Positions 1 to 10,525 of a stretch of 64,000 bases of DNA are shown piece by piece. A model generated the notes under the pieces. That model worked only from the letters and a program-made list of their open reading frames with translations. It was not told where the DNA came from and ran no database searches. This DNA is from Glycera tridactyla (Eukaryota). Position numbers and translations under genes: made by a program. Location of the stretch: the NCBI GenBank assembly GCA_965644265.1, contig OZ286472.1, forward strand, positions 45,694,001 through 45,758,000. Direction: 5' to 3'. Within the stretch, counting starts at the first letter, position 1. The number at the start of each line of letters is the position of its first letter.

Positions 1-70
1 AGATATTGAGACGGGTATATCTGTGTGAAAGACAAACAAGACCGACCACAGTGGAGACTTACATACAGAC

Positions 71-232
71 TACAATCAAACCTGCTCTAAATACCACCTC
101 TCTATAAAGACCATCGCTCTATAAAGGCCACCCTGAACTGCGACCATGGTAAATGACCTCCCTATAAAGACCACCTGCCTATAAAGGCCACGATTTGATC
201 TTGACAGAAGGCGGTCTTTATTGAAAGTTGAA
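71..232. mobile_element. Tc1/mariner (pogo-like) non-autonomous element, 'aagaccacct' family
   Basis: Starts TACAATCAAACCTG, has internal repeats of ctataaag(a/g)ccacc and ends ggcggtctttat. Related copies occur at 4665-4828 and 34514-34796. The superfamily call rests on TA-CAGTCAAAC-like ends only. Confidence 0.55.
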
Positions 233-500
233 GGATCACATGAGTTGCCTCGACAACGAATGTCGGTCTGTCTGTCTGTCTGTCTGTCCGTCAGTCGGTC
301 AGCCAGTCAAATAGTCTTCCTGCACAACCTCCTTGAAACGTGTGTGTAGTAAAGATCCTTTGATAACGTATACTCGGGAATTCTAAGGATGATGTATGTT
401 GTAAAAGAGAGAGATGGTTTCTCAAATTAGCTAGATAGATCAAGACGTACAATAGTCCCGCATGAGGCTGTCATCTCAGCCAATCTCTGCTTAATAGCCA

Positions 501-517
501 GCCACGAGATGGCGACA
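501..517 (+). promoter_or_regulatory. CTCF-type motif GCCACGAGATGGCGACA
   Basis: Good match to the CTCF core. Confidence 0.4.
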
Positions 518-2489
518 CCATTATCAATAACAACTCTATATAAATACATACCTCTGAAGAGAATCGCCTCGCTGTATTTGGGGTAGTTTGAAAGAGATAT
601 ATGCGTTGCCTAATTTATCATAATTACCTTCCGCGCGTGTTGCCATCTGAGTGATGTCAGAAGTGCAGTTTTTCAATAAAGGGGTACTGTTTCCACCACT
701 CATACTTTTAGAAAGCAATACAATTGTGCATTGGGTCCCAAAAAGATGAGTTTCAGATGCCCCATTTCCATGCCCTTTGCACGTCCTAATAAAGAACGCT
801 GAGCACTCATCCAAAGTGGATACCCCTCCCCATGCTCATTGGATGGGTGTTTCGATATGGCCCCTGATATGATGATTCCTGATCCGAAGTTTGGATATAT
901 GGAATTTACATACATGCAGATTTAGACCTCTCTCTACTATATGAATGATAGGTATTGGCTGTGTGACCTTTGTTTGTGCTACATATTAGGTTGGCGATAA
1001 TAATCACCATACTATTCCTATAATATTCATCTGTGGATTTCATAAATACAACAAGGAGACGCCTTGAATGATCCCACCCATGCCCATGCAATGGAACACT
1101 ATATTTTGATCTGCCAGATTCTTTAGGCTTCAGCAAAAGAAGACATAATATCGTAGCTGTAATGACGAGTTTATCTCTTATGATTTGTGAATTCCATACA
1201 TCAGAAATGTGTACTTGACGTGAAAATCTGGATATAATTTTCCTGCATATGGCGGATTTAATATCTACAATCATTCAGCGGTATTTGCAAGTTGAGAAGA
1301 CTACTTTATTTTAGCATCGTTGGTAATCCCAACGGCATGTATTCAGAAGTTGAGGGAGACCCTCTTCAAGTTACGATGTTCTCATCCACTAATATTCCCT
1401 ACTTAAGATCTATTTACAACACCTAACACGTGTTCCTCTTCTAATCATCTCTTCTTTTCAAAGTCAAACATAGCCACTTGAAAAACATAGCCCGTCATCA
1501 TGTCAGCGCACTCGAATGCGCCTCAATATCGCATCAATCAGGGGCGCATTCAATAGCGCGACCAGTGTTTACCTGCGACGGGTGCAGCCGAGCGGGTGAC
1601 GCGTTCGAATGATAAATCAAAGCAATACAAGACGGGGGTCTTTCATTCGCGGTAGATTCAACTGTGAAAAGTTGATATCAAGACAGGGGTAAATGAATTT
1701 CCAACTGCGATGGGTTGGTTTGAGATGACAGCTCTCTTTCAACTCTTTTTTGCCTACATAAGATATCACACTTGTGGTTATTTGCCCTCAAACCGGGCTG
1801 CTAATCAGTGAACTATGGGTCCAGTTCCATTTACAAGTTCACCGACCTCCCACCCACATTTCGCCCTGATGTTTATTCCACTGTCCTGCTATCAATTGTA
1901 TAAAGAATACACAATACCAGTGGACGTTTTTCGTGTTTACGATGCTACTCGTAGGTAATGGCCTGGTCCCAAAATGGGCGGAGTCAGATTGTCTCTGATC
2001 GCACGACGATCTGAGATGGCTATGAAGGGCTTAGACACCGCTTGACTGCTTTATTAAATCCACAATAGCGGCCCTGTTTTCCAAAATTGCTCCCACGCGA
2101 GCACTGAATAAACCAGCCTCTATTTCATAGGACATGCCAGCACTGCCGGTTTTTCCTACTTCTTCTGTCGTCTTATTGTGTTGGCGGTGATTCAGTATCA
2201 ATTTGAATGAGAATGTTAACGTGAGGTCGCAAAATGCCACTGGCTTACCGGCGTTAGGGATCAGCGAGAAAACAAACACCAGCTCTGATTCACAAATGTC
2301 TGCCCAACTGGTAACGCCAGAAAGTAGAAACTCANNNNNNNNNNNNNNNNNNNNNNNNNNNNNNNNNNNNNNNNNNNNNNNNNNNNNNNNNNNNNNNNNN
2401 NNNNNNNNNNNNNNNNNNNNNNNNNNNNNNNNNNNNNNNNNNNNNNNNNNNNNNNNNNNNNNNNNNNNNNNNNNNNNNNAATACTCAAC

Positions 2490-2572
2490 TGCTGGTTTTC
2501 AGTGAAGACCCAGGGGTAGTCTCTGTTGATCCCACACATATCCATTGCATGGGCGTCACTTGCCTGGGATGT
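2490..2572 (+). mobile_element. SINE 3' fragment
   Basis: gacccaggggtagtctctgttgatccc...ccattgcatgggcgtcac matches 3715-3770. Confidence 0.55.
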
Positions 2573-2898
2573 TGGTTTTTGCAGCGTGGAGCAGGAGATA
2601 TATAGATAGAGAGAGAAAGAAAGAGAGAGAGAGAGGGTGGGAGAGAGAGTATANNNNNNNNNNNNNNNNNNNNNNNNNNNNNNNNNNNNNNNNNNNNNNN
2701 NNNNNNNNNNNNNNNNNNNNNNNNNNNNNNNNNNNNNNNNNNNNNNNNNNNNNNNNNNNNNNNNNNNNNNNNNNNNNNNNNNNNNNNNNNNNNNNNNNNN
2801 NNNNNNNNNNNNNNNNNNNNNNNNNNNNNNNNNNNNNNNNNNNNNNNNNNNNCAATACTCATCATTGATCATCAATTCCACACAGCATTAGTACTCAC

Positions 2899-3230
2899 CT
2901 TCCTCTTGTTCCCTGCGACCCTAAGGACTCATCAGGAAGACAGTAATCCGAGGATTTTGTGTAATATATCAAATCTGATGATTTAAAACTCTTTTTGTGT
3001 CCAGAAATAGCGACAAGACGTCTCTGGCGAGATTTCTCTTCTTCATTTTCCTTTCGTTTTCGTGATTTACGAATTCTTTTACTGTCCACTTCAATGGCGA
3101 CCGCATATCGTTTTTGCAACTCGATGCCGACACTGCGCATGTCCGGGAGTCCCTTCCAGCAGGTCTTTATCGAGCAGGATCCGGAAACGCCGTGACATTT
3201 GCAGGCTGTGCTCAGGCTGGCTTCTACAAC
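2899..3230 (-). CDS. Wnt11: Wnt11-like ligand, internal coding exon (VVEASLSTACKCHGVSGSCSIKTCWKGL...DYC...GTRGR)
   Basis: Acceptor tgtttacag|GTT at 3231/3230 and donor AG|gtgagt at 2899/2898; 332 nt, phase 0 in and phase 2 out. It contains CKCHGVSGSC (with the palmitoleoylated Ser) and KTCWKGL, typical of Wnt11. Confidence 0.95.
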
Positions 3231-3554
3231 CTGTAAACAACAAGAATGATAAAAATGATTGGACAAATGCAGCCATTACAAAACAGGTGACTACAAGAGC
3301 GGCACCGGAATAGTATTTGTGATATATCAGGAACTTTACTATGACTGATGAAGATCGAGGGTGATAGTATGATCACCCTCGATCGCGAGGTGGTAAATTT
3401 TAACCTCCCATTGGGGGCTCTGAATGACAAGGTTCGTGTTTCAATATAGCCCAGGTGGACGATCTCAACCGATCAGTCGTTCCAACCTATCAAACCAACA
3501 AGTCATCCGCTCTGTTTAGAACCCAGTGCATGCCAACTTGGATATCACAGGCCG

Positions 3555-3830
3555 GTCATATGTATGGGAGTTTATTTCTGTATACCCATAAAAGAACCAC
3601 TATTGTTGTTCGCAAAGAGTAGGGGATCACACCGGAAGTGGAGCTTTATCTGCTCCAGCAATCCTGAAATGACACTTTGTGTCTGTGATTTTCATATCAT
3701 TTCACCTTCCGTTTGGGACCCAGAAGGAGGAGTCTTGGAAGATCCCACCATGCCCATTGCATGGGCGTCACAATATAGCCCAGATGGTGCTGACGTGACG
3801 TTAAACCACAACCAACCAACCAACCAATCA
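3555..3830 (+). mobile_element. SINE body and tail with a central domain resembling Nin/Deu-type SINEs
   Basis: aaaagaaccact...aaagagtaggggatcacaccgg resembles the Deu/Nin domain as recalled. The tail is ...ggtgctgacgtgacgttaaaccacaaccaaccaacc, and many diverged copies occur in the window. Confidence 0.65.
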
Positions 3831-4664
3831 GTATTTTCAGTCCGATATGAACCAAGATGGTTGAAAGGACGTTACACCCGAACAACCATACGAACAAACA
3901 AAGAAACATTTCGCGGAGCCCGGTATTGATGTTGTGCTTGTTTTCCTCGCTCAATACGAGATCGGCGATGGCCAAGGATGAGACGCATGTACGGTCATGT
4001 CCCGATGGTACTCGGTAATTGTTTCCAGTTTGGACCCCACGTGGACTGTCAACCTTTTGCGCAGTTGTGGATGAGAAGCCACTGGGGTTAGATGAGGACA
4101 TCCAATCACAGCGCCTTGTCAGGATGTGTGTATGGTTGAGGCTGGGTGAGGAAACATGTTGTTCATCCCCTGACATATTACAATATCGTGTAGGAAGAGC
4201 AGTTGTATGGATCATCTCAGCGAATCATGATATCTATATCATAGTAAAAGCTGGTTATCTCCAATTGTGTGTGCACCTCTTCAAGTGTTCATCTTAAGCC
4301 AAGGACCCAACAGGACAGTGTTTCAAATGATCCCATTCCCGTGCGTATTGCATGAGCAGAGCAAGATGGCGCCCAGGGTGTGATCTTGAAGCTGCTTGGT
4401 AAATAATTGAATTTCAAAACTTTTCACTCTCCACTGAGGACCTCCATGCCCATTGCAGAGGAAATCAAAACTTTGATCAAATGCGTCAGACACATTCATC
4501 ATCTGCATCGAGGATGATAAGACAGATATCATGTGCATTATCACCATGCTTAAGTGGGTCAACTTCTTTAATAGGTCACTGTCTTTGTAAAAAGTCAAGA
4601 CAGCTCGAGGAACTACATTCGTGTCCACGACGCCTACAACATCTGTCCGAATCGAGGAAATGTA

Positions 4665-4828
4665 TACAGGGGACAATCTCTTTACGAAGAACACCTCTCC
4701 ACAAAGATCATCATTTCAGGTTATTGTTGTGGCTTTAAATATAAACCACCTTCAAATAGAGGCCACATATCTACAATTACCACTCTCTATATGACCATGG
4801 ATGGCCCCTGTGGGCAGCTTTGACTCTA
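4665..4828. mobile_element. 'aagaccacct' MITE family copy
   Basis: Internal gaacacctctccacaaagatc, aaccaccttcaaatagaggccac; right end ctttgactcta. Confidence 0.5.
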
Positions 4829-7060
4829 TGTCAAATGAAATTGACGCATACATATAACCAAGTGAAGACATTATTCATCGTGCTTGACCAATGGATGGAT
4901 TTGCCGAACTTCAATTGTAACATACTCATAGTATCCCCCGCACAGGCCAATTTATCTCCATAATTCAAGGATATTCGGATAAACATGTCGGTACATCGTA
5001 TATGCAAAGCAAACAACCAACAACCATCGAATGACGGCGTGGGATCACCCTCTGCGGAGGGGGGTTAGTGGTCGACAGTCTCACCATATCAAGTTAGATC
5101 TCATCACAATCAAAGGCCTTGTCATGATCTATGTTTCTTTTGCTCATTAGTTACTCAACTTTAGCCAGGCCACATGTCACGGCACCTGTGATTCACATCA
5201 ATTAAATCCTGATATCTTCATCTCATTGAGCCCCATTAACATCCACTAAAAATGTCCCACGCCCCGAACCATTCATGCTACCATGGAAACAGCAGCAGAG
5301 CATTGGAAAATGTCCTTGACGCTCTATTGTCAAGGCCCCGCCCCGCCATACTACAACCGCATAATTAATACAAACATCATGATGGCGTTCACCAAGTTCG
5401 GTCGACGGCAACATGACCGAAGGACATCTCCCCCACGTGGTGACATTCATCACCCTCTTGTTGTCTTCCACAAACACCAGGTCGCAGGGACCGCCACTCC
5501 CCCTCCAGCTTTGTTTGCTCTCTTTCTAGCGAATCAGTCCATTGTTCACAACTGTTACAAGCCCTTCAGTTCTTCCAGCCCAGTGAACATTAGCGTGGTA
5601 TGAAATCGAGATAAATTATACGATCACAGAGCTCGTTGACAGAGATCTCAATCCTGCTGTGATAAAGACATCGTAGATCTTGTATCTGGTTGGCAGGAGT
5701 GGATTTCTATGAATAATGTCAAATACTGACACAAGTTCGATACCGCCTCGGTGGTCATTCACGGTGAGAATTACTTCACCATGTCATAGATCTTTCCAAC
5801 ACTCTACCAACTATCTATATACCAGTTCGTGATATATTTAACATTTTGTGTAATAGGCTACATAGTGAGTGCGAACACTTGAAGCTTATTTCACAAGGAC
5901 TGTTCTCGTGAATCTACCTTAAGGTTTTCCGTCGAAAGTCAATATGGATATCAGAGTCCCATGATTTTGAATGATGAATACTGGTGAAACACTCCAGAAA
6001 TTCTGAAGTTCCTATGCACCACGATATCTTACCTAAGCGTACCATTTCATGATATAAACACGCGGGCTTGTCAATTAGGACAAGAACGAATTCACAAATC
6101 CTCATCTTCATTAAATGTTGCTTGGTCTAAGCAGACACCAAGCATCAGCACTGCCCCATGGTCAAGTACCGATACACTCCATGATCCGATGGAGTTGGAG
6201 AGTACGGAATTTCGAATCAGCTGTCTCCACATAGAGATAGCTATGTAAAAAGCCGAGATCGTAATGGACTGCATGACGATGCAGAACCAATAATGTTTAC
6301 CATTGTTAGAAATAATGGTCCTTCTATGTGTGAATATCATAAAATTTAATCTTCCATTGGGGACTCATGATGTGGAATCTTGAATGCTGATTCCTTTCTG
6401 AGGCGGTATAGCACACATTTCGCCGAGGTGTCGTTCAAGAACCAACCAAATGTACTTGACGGGATGTCAAACAACCAGCTGAGCAGTGATCATGGTCTGG
6501 GTGCCCACTGCACTATGACATGGACGATTGCAACACATTTATCACCGTCCCCGGATCAGAAACAGTCAACCCCACCCTCTTGAGGTTACGATAGGTCAAT
6601 GATTGATGGAAGTCCGATCTCTCGGCAATTCAGGTGATACTCTGAATTAGCGATTGACAATGAGCATGACCTCTGGTCTCATTCGCATGTTGTTTGTGTT
6701 TGTGAGACACACGCTGCCGTGCCTTTTGCACATGCATTCATATATGCATGCAATTATGAATGCTGCTGGTGGCCATTCTGTGAGATGCGCAATAACTCAC
6801 TTTCGCGGAAGAATACGGCACTCAGCAGACATGCAGAGAGAATAAGGGTGATTCCGAATATGAGTAATTAGCAGCCAAAATACCCACCCAAATCATCGAG
6901 TGGGATGGATATTTCTGTATTGAGTGCACCCACGCTGTGGAGTTCTGTGAAGAATTGCCCTTTTTGCAAATCGAATATGCAAATCTATACAAATCCTGGA
7001 TGTATCCATGATCCAGGAGGGCCCCTGCAAGTACATGTCTAAACATAGACTTCACCGGAA

Positions 7061-7705
7061 GCACCGACGCCTGAGTTCAAATGCCTTGAATATAAGGCAC
7101 CGACGCCTGAGCTCAAATGCCTTGAATATAAGGCACCGACGCCTGAGCTCAAATACCTTGAATATAAGGCACCGACGCCTGAACTCAAATGCCTTGAATA
7201 TAAGGCACCGACGCCTGAACTCAAATACCTTGAATATAAGGCACCGACGCCTGAACTCAAATGCCTTGAATATAAGGCACCGACGCCTGAACTCAAATGC
7301 CTTGAATATAAGGCACCGACGCCTGAACTCAAATACCTTGAATATAAGGCACCGACGCCTGAGCTCAAATGCCTTGAATATAAGGCACCGACGCCTGAAC
7401 TCAAATGCCTTGAATATAAGGCACCGACGCCTGAGCTCAAATACCTTGAATATAAGGCACCGACGCCTGAACTCAAATGCCTTGAATATAAGGCACCGAC
7501 GCCTGAACTCAAATACCTTGAATATAAGGCACCGACGCCTGAACTCAAATGCCTTGAATATAAGGCACCGACGCCTGAACTCAAATGCCTTGAATATAAG
7601 GCACCGACGCCTGAACTCAAATACCTTGAATATAAGGCACCCACGCCTGAACTCAAATACCTTGAATATAAGGCACCCACGCCTGAACTCAAATGCCTTG
7701 GATAT
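7061..7705. repeat. 36-bp minisatellite, about 18 copies (gcaccgacgcctgaRctcaaatRccttgaatataag)
   Basis: Units start at 7061, 7097 ... 7673 with exact 36-bp period, no spacers and only three recurrent variable positions. Confidence 0.97.
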
Positions 7706-9199
7706 CTGCAACTCACAGAGATGGCATAACTCCTGCTCTGTAACTCATACATGGGTCGGATCCATTAACTGATACTTGTTGGAAGACTGCTTACATTGTT
7801 GTCATTCATTATGGTAAAAGCCACCATCTCAAGCGAAAGCCATTTCTGGAAATCATTTTTGTCCCCAAATCAACCAGAATTGTCGGAATACCCCACCCAT
7901 GGCTGGCATTCATTGGGGATAGCTATGGAATGCATCTGAATCAGGTCTGGTGGGACTAGGCGCATCCCTCCCTCCCTCCCTTCCTCCCTCCATCCATCCA
8001 TCCATCCATCCAGTCATTCATCCATCTAGAGTACAGCATTATCCAATTGCTCACTCCATACCATCTTGTAAGAAAATGTGGGCCTTTCTCAAGTTCTATC
8101 TCACCTTAGTTGAGTTCTAGTTTATCTGACGCTGAATCAAAGAGTGGATATAGTTAATGCTTGATGCCCACCTACTGTGGCGGGTGTACGATACTCGTCG
8201 GTAAATGTTAACTGGTCAAATTCGAGAACGTAGAGAATATGTCATCTCAAAACACAGATCTCAACTTACAGTCGGATACCTATAAAACACGCCCGGAGAG
8301 CAGAGGTCACTGATTCAATTGAAAAAGTCGCAGTCGTTCAGAGGAGTAGCTTCTCTCATCCTCGGTTTCCGGAGCAACCGACCCCACAATTAAGCTGTCC
8401 CGCACCGAATTTATGTGACCCACCCCTGTTATTACACGTTGTATCTCATATCTATAATGACGACCTGTAGATACTTCGTCTTTCAGTGATACCTAAATCA
8501 TCAACGATGTCTTGAGTATCACATAATGATGAAAGGCAAAAGACTTGGTGTCACTTAGCCAGATATACCGTAATTAAGTAGCACAGATAAGAATTTTAGT
8601 CAATCTGTGAAATTACACAAATTTGGACAAAACTGATGTGGCGATGATGTAGTTGAAAGCAGAGGGTACTGCATCGCATTGACAATGTCTGCTGATATGT
8701 GATATATGCTGGGTGCGAGATAACATTGATAAAATCTCATTAGATACATCCTAACGCCTGACTTCACTTTTCTCAATATGTGTCCATTTCTGTCCATTTT
8801 GTCAAAAGAACATCTGATATAGGAGGTCATGCGAGTGGCCTCCATAGTTCGTATCATTGATTCACGACTACGCTCATTTAGCGGCATGAGATGCGTTAGC
8901 CGTCGGACTATTTTCTCAGCTGGAATCTCGCAATGAAGCGGTCAAATACATTTTTCACGCAAGCTGTCAAATTACACGGCTTTTATGAATAGACATTCTG
9001 CTCAGCAGTCTGCGCCTCCTGAGCATGGGTTGACTTCTGTCTGATGGATGTAGAGAATGCCTGCCTAGGCATCTGATCAGTCGACATGATTGGGGCTAGC
9101 CCTACAAAGCTTTTACAGCTGTCCCATAGATGCCAACATTTGGAGGACAAATATAGTAGAGGTACCGATCTCAATCAGTAGCAGTACCAGTATTCATAA

Positions 9200-9309
9200 T
9201 GGATGGATACAAAACTCCTGATTTGCAGAGTAGCATCAACCAGAAAATACATCAATTTGGGCCTAAAAAAATAGTTACTACTCCAAAATCGTAGTGCTTG
9301 GCATCTCTG
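9200..9309. mobile_element. Partial third copy (right end) of the CAGGGATGCCAACC MITE family
   Basis: Ends in aaaatagttactactccaaaatcgtagtgcttggcatctctg, matching the right end of 15887-16042. Confidence 0.6.
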
Positions 9310-9659
9310 TTGTTCATGTCAGGTTATATTATGAGTTGCAACAAGAGCGCCAATGCATATATTGTGAAATTTGCCCAATCCTCTCAATCTCAAACATCTC
9401 TATTCACATGCATGAAAATATACTCAGTGTTCATTATGAAGCTGCTCTGCCTCAAAACTGACAAACACCCGTCGGACAAGTATTTGGCCACCTCCATAGA
9501 AAATGGACTGTGCTAGATTACTTTGAGGCGGGGCATACAAATAATAGTTTTTGAATTCATACACCCTCTGGAAGCCCTATCATAACTTGGTGAACGTATG
9601 CACACCTGACGCATCCGTGGCAGAACGGTGGGACTACATGGAGATCAAACAGAATGAAT

Positions 9660-9805
9660 CATATTCCACTTGGTAATATCGTCATGTGATCTTAGAGAGC
9701 CCTAATCATGCAAATATGAGGGGACTATTTTGCATGTTCAATGATACTATTTGGAAAGGCCGCATCGATTGGTAATCAGCACCAAAAACAAGATGATTAG
9801 TGGAT
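9660..9805 (+). repeat. Dispersed repeat, copy A (inverted partner at 17525-17650)
   Basis: catattccact...ctaatcatgcaaatatgag...ccaaaaacaagatgattagtg aligns with the reverse complement of 17525-17650. Confidence 0.8.
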
Positions 9806-10199
9806 ATTGAATCGATTGACCATTTGCTTGATTTTTATGGAGGCTAGAATTCTTTTAACACACTGACTAGATATAGGTACCACAAACATCATTACACATC
9901 GAAGAAACGGTGGCAGTTTCGCAAAGAATAGACTTGATGAAATACAGAATTTGGGGATTGAGACACGAACAACCAACCAACCAACTAGAAAAATCATACT
10001 ACTCAAATTCCCTGGTATGAAATATGAATCAGATCAAACTGTAAGAAGAACATATCAAGACGACTTGTTTAATTATTTGAAATTTAGTAGGAAAATATGG
10101 ACATGAAGTTCACTTCACTGTGTTACAGTGTAAATAGATGATTTGCTGCTGATGATTTGTTGAAGGATAACGTGAACACCAATAATGATAACCATATTC

Positions 10200-10525
10200 A
10201 AAATATCATGAACTATATTGGTAATGATAGGAACCATGCACTTTTTATTTTGTTTCCTTTCCATCTATCACGCTCTACATTCATTGCACTCATTTGTGAA
10301 TCATATATTGTTTGCCATACTATTGGTTCCACGCCGGTGAGTTGATTGAGAATGCAAATAAATGATTTCCTGGTGTCAGGTTGCTATTGAAAACATCACG
10401 AATAATAGTGGTAATAACAGCGACAAATGATCATTAACTCATTCCCCTCCCATTTGTCATCCTCTGCATTTGTTACACTTAGATGTAAATTATACGTTGT
10501 TTGTTGTACCATAGGTTCCACGCCA
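10200..10525. repeat. Old tandem duplication, period 189 bp
   Basis: 10253-10336 aligns without gaps to 10442-10525 (about 70% identity), with weaker homology upstream. Confidence 0.75.

Noticed and set aside
1-2898. Final Wnt exon (C..CCGRGY...WCC.V.C)
   Set aside because: I found no matching codon pattern by eye on the minus strand. It probably lies left of the window or in an N-gap (2335-2479, 2654-2851).
4355-4375. AGCAAGATGGCGCCC as a CTCF site
   Set aside because: It fits a YY1-like CAAGATGGCG equally well and the 5' half matches CTCF poorly, so it is ambiguous.
7061-7705. CRISPR-like array suggested by 36-bp repeats (likewise the 37-bp repeats at 25430-27150)
   Set aside because: The units are head-to-tail with no unique spacers, there are no cas genes, and the context is a spliceosomal eukaryotic gene.
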